Positions 28,323 through 38,471 of a stretch of 52,403 nt of DNA are shown here, in pieces. The notes under the pieces are model-generated. The model saw nothing but the letters and a program-made list of their open reading frames with translations, did not search any database and was not told the origin of the DNA. The stretch is from the sequence record DRR378314_244. The stretch is one strand, 5' to 3'. Both the position numbers and the translations under genes were made by a program. Numbering within the stretch: the first letter of the stretch is position 1; every line of letters starts with the position of its first letter.

Positions 28323-29576
28323 TCAAAAAGCCGTGAGCTTCAGTTCCGGCGGGCGTTCACCCGAAATGCTGAAACAGGCAGCCAGTTCAACATGCGCGGC
28401 CCAGCGGAACTGATCAACGACCTGTACCCAATCAAGGTTATAGCCCGCTTGCACCAACATCTGGGCATCGCGCGCGAAACTGACCGGGTTACACGAAACA
28501 TACGCCACGCGCGGCACATGCGAGGTGCAAATCTCGGCAACCTGACGTTCCGCACCTGCGCGGGGCGGGTCTAGCACAACCGCATCCAGGTTGCGCATCT
28601 CATCCGGCAGGATCGGGCGGCGGTACAGATCGCGCGCCTCTGCCTTAAGCGGCTTCAACCCTTTGGTTTTGCGCCACCCCTGATCAAGTGCATTTGTCAT
28701 TGCCGCGTCCCCTTCGACCGCAAGCACACGGGCGCTTTGCGACAGGGGCAAGGCGAAGGTGCCGCAGCCGGCAAACAGGTCAGCGACATGTGCCGCATCG
28801 CCAACCGCCTCTTTGACGGCCGCCAGCAGCGCGGCCTCGCCGTGTTTTGTGGCCTGCAAAAACGCACCGGGGGGTGGTGCCACATCCGCTTTGCCAAACC
28901 GCTGCAAAGGGGGCAACCGCGTTCCGATAATCTCCCCTTCCCAACTCAGCCGCGCCAGTTTGAGCCGGTCACAAAGCTCTGCCAACACCTGTCGTAAAGG
29001 GCCATCCAGCGGCTTGCCCTGTGCAACAGCAACATCCAGCCCATTAGAGGTCAGGGTTACCGTCACAGCCAGCGCCGCCTTGCGGCTGGTCCCGACCAAT
29101 GCCAGTTCTTTTGAGATATCCAACCCGACCATCAGATCAGGATGCACCAGCTGGCAGTCGGGGATTTCAATCACCGTATCAGAGCCACGGCTGTAGAACC
29201 CCGCCATTGCACCTTTCTTGGTCCGTTTCGCGGCAAAGGTTGCACGCCTGCGGGATTGTGCTGGTGACGTCTGGATCGGCCGAAATTTGGTTTCTATGTC
29301 ATGTGCATCCAGTGCAGCCCGTACAACCGATACCTTCCAGTCCGCCACAAAATCATCTGCCGCATGCTGCAACGAACAGCCCCCGCAGGATTTGAAATGC
29401 CGGCACGGTGGGGCCACCCGATCAGATGAAGGTGTGACAATACGCACATCTTTCAGGTTTTGACCGTCAAGCGTGCCCGTCACCACCTCACCCGGCAAGG
29501 TGATTGGCGCAAAAATCGGCCCTTGGGCGATCCCGTCGCCGTGCTGACCCAGTCTGATGATATTATATTCCGTCAT
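28323..29576 (-). CDS. rlmD: RNA m5U methyltransferase (RlmD/TrmA family)
   Basis: CRHFKSCGGCSLQH Fe-S motif, AFLQAT, DLFAGCGTF, LDPPRAGA, YVSCNP, DQF...HVE. Confidence 0.88.
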   Translation of the reverse strand: MTEYNIIRLGQHGDGIAQGPIFAPITLPGEVVTGTLDGQNLKDVRIVTPSSDRVAPPCRHFKSCGGCSLQHAADDFVADWKVSVVRAALDAHDIETKFRPIQTSPAQSRRRATFAAKRTKKGAMAGFYSRGSDTVIEIPDCQLVHPDLMVGLDISKELALVGTSRKAALAVTVTLTSNGLDVAVAQGKPLDGPLRQVLAELCDRLKLARLSWEGEIIGTRLPPLQRFGKADVAPPPGAFLQATKHGEAALLAAVKEAVGDAAHVADLFAGCGTFALPLSQSARVLAVEGDAAMTNALDQGWRKTKGLKPLKAEARDLYRRPILPDEMRNLDAVVLDPPRAGAERQVAEICTSHVPRVAYVSCNPVSFARDAQMLVQAGYNLDWVQVVDQFRWAAHVELAACFSISGERPPELKLTAF

Positions 29577-29613
29577 ACGCCCGCTCTAGCCTGCAATGCC
29601 GCACTTCCCAAGT

Positions 29614-31458
29614 CTATTCGGCAGCTTTCATATTCAAAAAGCCGCCGGACTGCCGATGCCAGTACCGGGCATAAAGCCCATCTTCGGTCAATAGGGCCGC
29701 GTGTGTTCCGCTTTCAACGATCCGCCCGGCATCCATGACGATAATCCGGTCCATCTCTGTCAGCGTCGATAGGCGGTGCGCAATGGCCAGAACGGTCTTG
29801 CCCTCCATCACACGCGTCAAGGCGGATTGAATCGATGCCTCGACCTCACTGTCCAGCGCACTTGTCGCCTCATCCAGAACAAGGATTGGCGCATCCTTGA
29901 GGATCGCACGGGCCAATGCGATCCGCTGCCGCTGCCCGCCAGACAGCTTCACGCCCCGTTCACCCAGATGCGCCTCATAGCCTTGCCGGCCTTTGTGATC
30001 CTCAAGATCCTGAATAAATCCATCGGCCTCCGCCCGTTTGGCAGCAGCAATCACATCCTCCAAAGTGGCATCAGGACGTCCATATAGGATATTGTCCCGC
30101 GCGGATCGATTGAACATCGCGGTTTCCTGCGTGACCATGCCGATATTGCGCCGCAAACTTTCCTGCGTCACGCCGCGAAGGTCGACACCATCAATCAAGA
30201 TATCGCCCGCTTCCCCTTCATAGAGCCGCATCAGCAAGGCAACGAGCGTGGATTTCCCCGCACCAGAGGCCCCGACAATACCAAGTTTCTCTCCCGGTTT
30301 GATTGTCAGATTAATATCCTCAATCCCACCTGATTGACGCCCATATGCGAAGCTGAGGTTGCGCATTTCAATCCGGCCGCTTGGCACCTCCAGCGCAGGT
30401 GCATCGGGCAAATCATCAACCCTGTTGCGGGGTGTCAGCGTCTTCATCCCATCCTCAATCTCACCCACGTTTGAATAAACAGCCATCAAGGTAAAACTGA
30501 CCCAGCCGGTCATCTGCGCAATGCGAATGGCAACTGCGCCGGAGGCCACAATATCCCCTTCAGTCGCGATGCCACGCTGCCAGAGCAGGATCGTCCCGCC
30601 AATCAACAAAACCGGCAAAACACCCGCCAGGCTCATCAAGGCAAAACGGAACCCGGCAGCAAGATAGCCGAATTCCAACGCACGCTGCCGAAACGCCTGC
30701 ATCGCGCCCAGCGCCGCGCGATCCTCGTGATCCGCATGGGCAAACAGTTTGACGGTCTTGATGTTGGTGATCGTATCCACGACCTGCCCCGACACCATTG
30801 CCTTGGCTCCTGCCCGCGCAGCAGACCGCATGCGCACCCGTGGCAAGAACCAGTTGATCAACGCAAAATACCCGATCAGCCAAAAAGCAAACCCAATTGC
30901 CACCCGCCAGTCAATCGCCACCAGCAAGGCCACTGACCCCGCCAGCGATGCCAGCGCAAAGGCGACCACATTGATCATTTCAACCGCAACATCAGTGACC
31001 GCACGGGAGGTCTGCATCTGCTTTTGCGCGATGCGGCCCGCGAAATCATCATCAAAAAACCCGACATTCTGGCCCAGAGTCCATCGGTGCAGACGCGACA
31101 ATACTAGCGGATTCACATTGGGTGCCACCATGATGGCATTCGCGCCCGATGACAGGCCAAACAACACTGGCCGCGCAATCAGGAAAAACGCAACCGCACC
31201 CAGAATCAGCCCAATATTGCGCCCGTCAAAGAAGGTTTCGGGCCCGGCGCTGATGCTCGCATCAATGACCCGCCCTAGAATCCATGCAGTCCCCGCCTCC
31301 ATCACACCTGCCAATGCGGACAGGAAGGCAGCAAGGAACAGCACTGGCCAGGCACCAGCCAAGCTCCACCGGATGAAAGCACCCAAAGTTCGCGGTGGCG
31401 GGCCTTCGGCAAGTGAAAAGGGGCTGATCCAATCGGATATCTTCAAACGGCTAGTCAT
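29614..31458 (-). CDS. ABC exporter, fused TMD-NBD
   Basis: N-terminal TM region; GASGAGKST, LSGGQRQR, LDEATSALD, AHRLST. Confidence 0.94.
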   Translation of the reverse strand: MTSRLKISDWISPFSLAEGPPPRTLGAFIRWSLAGAWPVLFLAAFLSALAGVMEAGTAWILGRVIDASISAGPETFFDGRNIGLILGAVAFFLIARPVLFGLSSGANAIMVAPNVNPLVLSRLHRWTLGQNVGFFDDDFAGRIAQKQMQTSRAVTDVAVEMINVVAFALASLAGSVALLVAIDWRVAIGFAFWLIGYFALINWFLPRVRMRSAARAGAKAMVSGQVVDTITNIKTVKLFAHADHEDRAALGAMQAFRQRALEFGYLAAGFRFALMSLAGVLPVLLIGGTILLWQRGIATEGDIVASGAVAIRIAQMTGWVSFTLMAVYSNVGEIEDGMKTLTPRNRVDDLPDAPALEVPSGRIEMRNLSFAYGRQSGGIEDINLTIKPGEKLGIVGASGAGKSTLVALLMRLYEGEAGDILIDGVDLRGVTQESLRRNIGMVTQETAMFNRSARDNILYGRPDATLEDVIAAAKRAEADGFIQDLEDHKGRQGYEAHLGERGVKLSGGQRQRIALARAILKDAPILVLDEATSALDSEVEASIQSALTRVMEGKTVLAIAHRLSTLTEMDRIIVMDAGRIVESGTHAALLTEDGLYARYWHRQSGGFLNMKAAE

Positions 31459-33295
31459 CAGTCACATCATCCAGTTTGAGGAACCCGCCCGACTGGCGGC
31501 TCCAGAAATCTGCATATAGCCCGCCTTGCGCCAAAAGCGCGTCATGTTTGCCTTCTTCAACAATCTGCCCACCGTCCAGCACAACAATCCGGTCCATTTC
31601 GGCAATTGTCGACAGCCGGTGCGCAATCGCAATCACCGTCTTGCCAGCCATCATACCGTATAGGGTTTCCTGAATGGCGGCCTCGACCTCGCTGTCCAGC
31701 GCACTGGTGGCCTCGTCCAGCAACAGGATCGGCGCATTCTTGAGGATCACACGCGCCAAGGTAATGCGCTGGCGTTGCCCACCGGAGAGTTTCACGCCGC
31801 GTTCGCCCACCCGCGCATCATAACCACTACGCCCTTCGGGGTCTGATAGGTCCAGAATGAACTCATGCGCCTGCGCCTGCTTTGCTGCCGCAATCATTTC
31901 CGCCTCTGTGGCATCGGGACGTCCATAAAGAATATTGTCGCGCACCGAACGGTGCAGCAGCGAGCTGTCCTGTTGCACCATGCCAATATTCTTGCGCAGG
32001 CTGTCCTGGGTCAGCGTCGTGATGTCCTGACCATCAATCAACACCTGCCCACCCTCTGCATCGTAGAACCGCAAAAGCAGCTTCACGAGGGTAGATTTAC
32101 CGGCACCCGAACGGCCTACCAGACCAATCCGCTCGCCCGGTTTCACCACCAGATCCAGCGATTGCAAACCGCCCTGATCGCGACCGTAATGATGGGTCAG
32201 ACCGCGCAATTCAATTTGACCCTTGGATAGATCAAGCGGTTTCGCCTCTGCCTTGTCGACCAGTGCAATCGGTTGGGCAATTGTCTCCATCCCCTCGGCC
32301 ACAACACCAAGTTCACGAAAGAAAGACGACAGCGCCCACATGATCCAACCGGTCATAGAGTTCAGCCGCAAGGTCAGCGCAGCCGCAGCGGCCACAACAC
32401 CAACGCTCGCCTCGCCCCATGTCCAAAGGGCCAGCGCCCAGCCGACAACACCAACAATCAACAAGCCGTTCAGCAGTACCAGCGTGACATCCATCACCGT
32501 AAAAATCCGCATCTCTTTCTGAAAGGTCACCCGCGCGTTTTCGATGGCTTCCTTGGCGAAATCGACTTCAAGGTCATGATGCGCAAACATCTTGACCGAG
32601 TGGATGTTCGTATAGGCATCGACCACCCGCCCGGTGACCTGTGAGCGCGCATCCGATGCCGCCTTGGAGGCGGGACCAACACTGCGCACGGTCCAGCGGA
32701 TCAGCCCGCCATATAGCGCCATCCACCCCAAAAGCGGCAGCATCAGTCGCCAATCCGACGCCAGCAACAGGATCGCAGCACCCACCATATAGGCCAGCGC
32801 ATAGGAAATCGCATCAAAGGTCTGAAACACCACTTCGCCCGCAGCGGGAGGTGTTTGCATGATACGGTTGGCGATCCGTCCGGCAAAATCGTTTTCAAAC
32901 CACCCCACCGATTGACGCAACACCTGTTTATGCGCCCGCCAGCGGATCAATGTGCCGAAATTCGGCAGGATCGCATTGTTCAGCAGCGCAACATCCAACC
33001 CCTGCATCAGCGGGCGAATGATCAGCACAAACCCGGCCAGCAGCAGCAGTTCAACCCCATAGGTGCCCCACATCTCTGCCGGATCCGTGCCCAGCAGATC
33101 AACGATGCGACCCATGTAATAGATCAGCCCGATCTCGATCGCGGCCACAACGATCGACATGATACCGGTCAGGATAAAGACACCTTTGAACGGCGCACAA
33201 TAATCCCGCAAAAACGGCCATAGCTTGCGCGGCGGAGAGTCTTTTTCTGTATAGGATGTATAGGGATCGACGAGATTTTCAAAGAAGCGGAACAT
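31451..33295 (-). CDS. ABC exporter, fused TMD-NBD (paralog of the downstream gene)
   Basis: GRSGAGKST, LSGGQRQR, LDEATSALD, AHRLST. Probable start MFRFFENL at 33295. Confidence 0.94.
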   Translation of the reverse strand: MFRFFENLVDPYTSYTEKDSPPRKLWPFLRDYCAPFKGVFILTGIMSIVVAAIEIGLIYYMGRIVDLLGTDPAEMWGTYGVELLLLAGFVLIIRPLMQGLDVALLNNAILPNFGTLIRWRAHKQVLRQSVGWFENDFAGRIANRIMQTPPAAGEVVFQTFDAISYALAYMVGAAILLLASDWRLMLPLLGWMALYGGLIRWTVRSVGPASKAASDARSQVTGRVVDAYTNIHSVKMFAHHDLEVDFAKEAIENARVTFQKEMRIFTVMDVTLVLLNGLLIVGVVGWALALWTWGEASVGVVAAAAALTLRLNSMTGWIMWALSSFFRELGVVAEGMETIAQPIALVDKAEAKPLDLSKGQIELRGLTHHYGRDQGGLQSLDLVVKPGERIGLVGRSGAGKSTLVKLLLRFYDAEGGQVLIDGQDITTLTQDSLRKNIGMVQQDSSLLHRSVRDNILYGRPDATEAEMIAAAKQAQAHEFILDLSDPEGRSGYDARVGERGVKLSGGQRQRITLARVILKNAPILLLDEATSALDSEVEAAIQETLYGMMAGKTVIAIAHRLSTIAEMDRIVVLDGGQIVEEGKHDALLAQGGLYADFWSRQSGGFLKLDDVTDD

Positions 33296-33462
33296 GGGCA
33301 AGAGCCTTGGAAACAAAGTGCAAAATGATCGGTCAGCGCCTCTGCGCAACCCGTTAGGAGCGTTGGTTAAGACAGCCTTAGCTGAACCAAATCCCGACAA
33401 TCATTTTGCAATCCTCCATATTCTGACACCTGCTTACCCGTGATGTCAGGTTTTGTCGAGAG

Positions 33463-34641
33463 CTAGGCACCGCGCAACAATTCATCCGCACTGAGCCTAA
33501 AGCCGGAATTGATCCAGAGCTGCTCAAGCTCTTTCAGTTTCTTGCCCAATGCAGGGCCTTGATAGGCGGGCATCAGATCACGTGCCGCGATTGGAAAACT
33601 CGCGGCGGCGGCGTTTGAAACAGTCTCTAACTCCGATTGATGGGGCATTTTTTCTGCAAGGGTTGCACGGATCAGAACCGTGGTTTGTCCAAACGCCACC
33701 CCATAGCGATAAGAAACTTCCTTGATTGGCGGCCCTACAAAACCAATCTCGCAGATCAGGGCTAAAACCTGTGCATCCGCCTTGCTAAGCCGCAAGCGTG
33801 CTGCAGGATCCTCCCCACCCAAAAGGGCAAGCCGGCGTTTCCAATCCGCGACCACGCCCAGCGCAGATTCCATATGCACCAATATCGAAAGCATACGGTC
33901 ATCGGATCCGGGCAGGATCGCTGGCAAGACACCTGTTTGACGCATTACGGCAATGGCCGGAGACGGATCGGGAGCGCCCAACAGTTTGACCATTTCCTGA
34001 CCAACACGTTCCGCCGAAAGCATCTCTAACCCGTCGGTATTGGCCGCGATTGCAGCCAGCGCATCAGGATCAAACCCTTCTGCCGGATCCGCGTACCATG
34101 CGGAAAACCGGAAGAACCGCAATATGCGCAGATAGTCCTCCCTGATCCGTGCATCGGGGTCCTCGATAAACCGAATCCGCCGCGCCAGAAGATCATTCAT
34201 GCCTTCAAGGGGGTCAACAACGGTGCCCTCGGGCGTGGCATAAAGCGCGTTCATCGTAAAATCGCGGCGGCGTGCGTCATCCTTTATGTCATCCGAAAAG
34301 GCAACAACCGCGCGGCGGCCATCGGTTTCCACATCACGGCGGAAAGTTGTGATCTCAAACGGGATGCCATCAACCACAACAGTGACAGTGCCATGTTCAA
34401 TCCCCGTGGGAACCGCCCGAAGCCCAGCCGCCTCTGATATCTCGATCACTTTTTCAGGGCGGGCATTGGTCGACATGTCGATGTCACTGTCGCTTAAACC
34501 CAAAATCGCGTTGCGCACACAGCCGCCGACGAAATAGACCTGATACCCCGCAGCCGTAATCGCCGCGCAGACCCTTTGCGCAGCGGGATTTTGCAGCCAG
34601 CTTGTTTCTGCTGGTATCACGGTATCATTCGGTCGGCCCAT
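33463..34641 (-). CDS. cca: CCA tRNA nucleotidyltransferase
   Basis: VGGCVRN..L...DID, HGTV, EITTFRRD, DARRRDFTMNAL, RIREDYLRILRFFRF. Start approximate. Confidence 0.93.
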   Translation of the reverse strand: MGRPNDTVIPAETSWLQNPAAQRVCAAITAAGYQVYFVGGCVRNAILGLSDSDIDMSTNARPEKVIEISEAAGLRAVPTGIEHGTVTVVVDGIPFEITTFRRDVETDGRRAVVAFSDDIKDDARRRDFTMNALYATPEGTVVDPLEGMNDLLARRIRFIEDPDARIREDYLRILRFFRFSAWYADPAEGFDPDALAAIAANTDGLEMLSAERVGQEMVKLLGAPDPSPAIAVMRQTGVLPAILPGSDDRMLSILVHMESALGVVADWKRRLALLGGEDPAARLRLSKADAQVLALICEIGFVGPPIKEVSYRYGVAFGQTTVLIRATLAEKMPHQSELETVSNAAAASFPIAARDLMPAYQGPALGKKLKELEQLWINSGFRLSADELLRGA

Positions 34642-35213
34642 GCCCGCAACATACGCGCGGTTGCCCCCCAGATGTAATAGGGGCCGAAAGGAACCGTGTA
34701 ATAATACCGCCGCGCCCCGCGCCAACGGCGCGATTCAACCGCAAAATTCTGCGGGTTCAGCACATGATCCAGAGGAACGGCAAAGACCTCTTCCACCTCT
34801 CCCGGCTCTGGTCTGATGTCAAAATCGTCTCTGATAAAGGCAATTACAGGCGTAACAGTAAACCCTGTCACTGTTTCATGAGTCGGCAACGTCCCCAGAA
34901 CATCAACGATATCTTCCGGCAAACCAATCTCTTCACGTGCTTCGCGCAGGGCGGCAGCAACCACATCTATGTCGGTATCGTCCTGCTTACCCCCGGGAAA
35001 GGAAATCTGCCCCGGATGATGCTTCAACGCCGAAGATCGTTTGGTCAACAGCAAGTGAAGCCCGTCTTCACGCGCCACAATCGGGGCCAACACACCAGCG
35101 GGCCGCAAAACACGATCCGCCGGCAAGACCGTTTCGGGATTAAGATCGAAATCGGACGAGGGCCGGCCGGAGCGCTTCAATGCGTCCTTGATTTGAATAA
35201 TCCGGTCAGTCAC
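34617..35213 (-). CDS. Nudix CoA pyrophosphatase (NudL-like)
   Basis: LLLTKRS..LKHHPGQISFPGG, AALREAREEIG, IWGATARML. GTG start at 35213 overlaps the end of hslO. Confidence 0.92.
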   Translation of the reverse strand: MTDRIIQIKDALKRSGRPSSDFDLNPETVLPADRVLRPAGVLAPIVAREDGLHLLLTKRSSALKHHPGQISFPGGKQDDTDIDVVAAALREAREEIGLPEDIVDVLGTLPTHETVTGFTVTPVIAFIRDDFDIRPEPGEVEEVFAVPLDHVLNPQNFAVESRRWRGARRYYYTVPFGPYYIWGATARMLRAWADRMIP

Positions 35214-36204
35214 CTGCGGGGGTTTCTGCTTCGAACCCGACGGTTTTCGGGTCAAGATCGTAATGAGCTCCACAGAACTGACAGTCTGCAGTGACCCGCC
35301 CGTCATCCGTTGTCATATGGGCAATGTCCTTGGCCGAATAGATCGACAGGCTTTGACGCACACGATCTGGCGAACAGGAACAGCCAAACCGCACAGCCTG
35401 CGCATCAAAAACCCGCGGCTGTTCTTCGTGAAACAGGCGCAGCAACAAATCGGCCGGGGCCACAGTGGGGCCAATCAATTCCAGATCTTCCACTGTATCA
35501 AGCAGGACATTCACACGGTTCCAGTTCTCTGCCTCCTCACCATCAACAAGGTCGTTTGCTGACAGCAATGCGCCCTCCCCTTCGGTTTTGGCGACAAAGG
35601 GCGAGGCTTTGGGCATATGCTGCAACATCACACCACCTGCGCGCCAATGCTCGGGCTCATTCGGACCGGAGGATTTGCCGAAGCTCAGCGAGAAACGCGT
35701 TGGCAGCTGTTCGGACTGGGCAAAATACGCCTCGGCACAGGCCGACAGCGATCCACCCTCCAACGGCGTGATGCCCTGATAGGGTGTCATACCCTCGCCC
35801 TGATCGATCATAATGGCAAAATAGCCTTCACCGACCTGATCAAAGGGTGCCGCATCGGTCAAACGGTCTGCATCATAGCTTGCATAGGCTCTGATCCGCG
35901 CGGAACCGCCTTCTTTGTCAGGGCCATAATAATCCGTGGCGATCATCCGCACAGGGCCTTTTGACTGCACCTGCAATTGCAGTTTCCAGCGCAGTTTCAG
36001 CGTCTGCCCGATCAAGGCCGTCAGCAGCGCCATTTCAGCAACCAGCGCTTCGACCTGTGGTGGGTAATCATGTTGGCTCAGGATCCCCTCAAGAACCCCG
36101 TCAAGCCGCCCGACACGGCCGCGGATATCACTATGGTCCAGCTGGAATGGCAGAACACTGTCATCCCACGCAATCTGGTTTCCGTGCTGATTGGGCGCTG
36201 TCAT
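35206..36204 (-). CDS. hslO: Redox-regulated chaperone Hsp33
   Basis: YQGITPL, YFAQSEQLPT, AGGVMLQ, CSCS and CQFC zinc-binding motifs. Confidence 0.95.
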   Translation of the reverse strand: MTAPNQHGNQIAWDDSVLPFQLDHSDIRGRVGRLDGVLEGILSQHDYPPQVEALVAEMALLTALIGQTLKLRWKLQLQVQSKGPVRMIATDYYGPDKEGGSARIRAYASYDADRLTDAAPFDQVGEGYFAIMIDQGEGMTPYQGITPLEGGSLSACAEAYFAQSEQLPTRFSLSFGKSSGPNEPEHWRAGGVMLQHMPKASPFVAKTEGEGALLSANDLVDGEEAENWNRVNVLLDTVEDLELIGPTVAPADLLLRLFHEEQPRVFDAQAVRFGCSCSPDRVRQSLSIYSAKDIAHMTTDDGRVTADCQFCGAHYDLDPKTVGFEAETPAGD

Positions 36205-36215
36205 TGAGGGTTTCC

Positions 36216-36271
36216 TTATCCTAGGCCGCTTGGCATACCGCGTCTATATAGGCGCAGCAAGCCTAGGATAA
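36216..36271. repeat. Inverted repeat spanning the hslO/nudix divergent intergenic region
   Basis: TTATCCTAGGC (36216-36226) and GCCTAGGATAA (36261-36271), enclosing a CTATATAG palindrome. Confidence 0.75.
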
Positions 36272-36283
36272 AGGGGAACAGGG

Positions 36284-36721
36284 ATGATCAGACGGATAGG
36301 CGCGCCACCCTTGGCACAACAAGACTACCGCATGCGCCCGGGTGTTTATGCCATACTCCCCCTGAAACGGCGCTTCCTTTTGACCGCACAGGTCACCAGC
36401 AAGATCGATGTTCAGCTGCCAGGTGGTGGCATTGATCCGGGAGAATCCCCCTTGCAGGCCCTGCACCGCGAGGTGTTAGAGGAAATCGGCTGGCGGATCG
36501 CCGCACCACGCCGGTTGGGTGCCTTTCGCCGTTTTGTTTACATGCCTGAATACGATCTGTGGGCCGAAAAGCTGTGCCATGTCTATGTGGCCCATCCCGT
36601 CAGGCAGATTGCCGAGCCGATCGAACCTGACCATATTACGCTGATCCTGTCGTGCAAAGACGCAGTCGAGGCCCTGGGCAATGAGGGTGACAGCATGTTC
36701 ATGCGCCGCTTTATCAGCTAG
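36284..36721 (+). CDS. NUDIX hydrolase
   Basis: Nudix box LPGGGIDPGESPLQALHREVLEEIG. Confidence 0.92.
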   Translation: MIRRIGAPPLAQQDYRMRPGVYAILPLKRRFLLTAQVTSKIDVQLPGGGIDPGESPLQALHREVLEEIGWRIAAPRRLGAFRRFVYMPEYDLWAEKLCHVYVAHPVRQIAEPIEPDHITLILSCKDAVEALGNEGDSMFMRRFIS

Positions 36722-37988
36722 GCGGCCCGCTGTATTCAAACAGGATTGCCGACACGTCGTCAGGGAATTCTTCGGTGCCCGCGAAATCGGCCAGCTCCCA
36801 CATCAATGCCTCTAACAGCGCAGCTTGGCGCACCTTCGCCAGACGCGAAATCATCCCGGTCAGACCCTCTTCGCCCAGCATTTCGCCACTTGCATCAGGG
36901 CATTCGGTGACCCCGTCCGACAATAAAAGCAGCCGATCACCAGGTGCCAGTGTTACCTCAAACTGGGAAAAGGTGACGCCCTCGATCAACCCAACCGGAA
37001 ACCCGCCCGATCCGGATTGTTCCACCGCCCCATCAGCGCGCTGCACCAAAGGGTGAGGGTGGCCCGCCTGCGAAATTTGGACACGCCCGGTTGCCATATC
37101 AACAAAGGCCAAGAGCAGCGTAAAATAATGCTCTGTCTCCATCTCATTCAACACCAGATCGTTCAGTTTTTCGATCACCTTTTCCGGCGGGTTGGCATGA
37201 TATTTTCCATTCGCCTGTCGGGTCAGCGCGATGTTTTGATCCGGGGCCGCCGCCGACAGGTATCCGGCAAGCCGCGCCGTCATCAAGGCGGAGCTGATCC
37301 CGTGACCCGACACATCAATGGCGAAAAGCCCGAGTTTCCCGTCATCCGTCGGGAAGAATCCAACAAGGTCCCCGCCTACATGACCGGACGAGCGCAACAT
37401 CAAGGACAGATGCCCGGTATCAAAACTACGCTGTCTTTCCCGCAGCAACGACTGCTGAAGCTTCTTTGCCTCCAGAAGATCCTGATCCAGCAGATCATAC
37501 ACCCGCTGCAATTCCCCAAGGGTTTCACTGACCAACCGGTTCTTATGCGACAATTCCCGCTGCATGCGTAAAATCCGTTCCCCCGCAGTAATCCGTGCCC
37601 GCAACTCGTCGGAATTCACAGGCTTGGTCAGGAAATCATCCGCCCCGGAATCGAGCCCTTGGGCAATTTCGATCTTCTCGCTTTTAGAGGTCAGCAGAAT
37701 AAAATAGGCATATCCATCCTGTGGCATCTCGCGCAGGGCACTGCAGAATTCGATGCCGGACATGCCGGGCATGATCCAGTCACTGACAATCAGATCCGGC
37801 ATCTGCGCCGCACAGATTTCAAGCGCTTCTGCACCGCTTTCCGCCTCGCTGACCGCAAAACCCCATTTGCCCAGCATCTTTGACAGGATCCGCCTTTGCA
37901 GCCGGCTGTCATCGACAATCAGGATACGGTTGGGCACGGCCCGTGGGTTATCACCTGCCACATTCGGGCTGCGTTGCCGGTGTTCCAT
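36714..37988 (-). CDS. Response-regulator receiver fused to PP2C/SpoIIE phosphatase (RsbU/RbaY-like)
   Basis: REC domain (ILIVDDS, SDWIMPGMSG, DDFLTKP); PP2C domain (VGGDL, IDVSGHG, AGHPHP, LSDGVTE, DDVS). Confidence 0.92.
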   Translation of the reverse strand: MEHRQRSPNVAGDNPRAVPNRILIVDDSRLQRRILSKMLGKWGFAVSEAESGAEALEICAAQMPDLIVSDWIMPGMSGIEFCSALREMPQDGYAYFILLTSKSEKIEIAQGLDSGADDFLTKPVNSDELRARITAGERILRMQRELSHKNRLVSETLGELQRVYDLLDQDLLEAKKLQQSLLRERQRSFDTGHLSLMLRSSGHVGGDLVGFFPTDDGKLGLFAIDVSGHGISSALMTARLAGYLSAAAPDQNIALTRQANGKYHANPPEKVIEKLNDLVLNEMETEHYFTLLLAFVDMATGRVQISQAGHPHPLVQRADGAVEQSGSGGFPVGLIEGVTFSQFEVTLAPGDRLLLLSDGVTECPDASGEMLGEEGLTGMISRLAKVRQAALLEALMWELADFAGTEEFPDDVSAILFEYSGPPS

Positions 37989-38138
37989 CTTATTCCTGAT
38001 CCAATACCATCACTCAGGCTCTTTCGCAGGACCAGCTTAAGGGCGCGTAAAGGCTCAAATCTGATGCAAAATGCAGAGCACCCCTAGCGGAGTGTTAAAT
38101 AAATTTCGCCAAGGTCGGTGTCGAAAGGGGTACTGAAA

Positions 38139-38471
38139 GTGATTGACTGGTCGCATGTCCAACAGCTTTGTCTTGAAGTTGGTACAGAAGATTTTGACGA
38201 GGTTGTCGAGCTGTTCTTTGAGGAGGTTGAAGATACCCTTTCCAGACTTGAAGAGAGGAACGACACAGCAAACCTGGCGGCTGACATGCATTTCCTGAAA
38301 GGCAGCGCATTAAGTCTGGGCTTTTCCGAAATGTCGCAACTATGCTATGCCGCAGAGAAATCAGCGGAAAACGGTGCCAGTGACGGCGTAAACATTGGCG
38401 CGATCCTTCAAGTCTATTCAGCCTCTAAGCAGGAGTTTCTGGCAGACTATCGCGTGAAACTGGCCGCCTGA
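38139..38471 (+). CDS. Stand-alone Hpt (histidine phosphotransfer) protein
   Basis: MIDW...LFFEE...HFLKGSALSLG motif; GTG start at 38139. Confidence 0.9.
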   Translation: MIDWSHVQQLCLEVGTEDFDEVVELFFEEVEDTLSRLEERNDTANLAADMHFLKGSALSLGFSEMSQLCYAAEKSAENGASDGVNIGAILQVYSASKQEFLADYRVKLAA

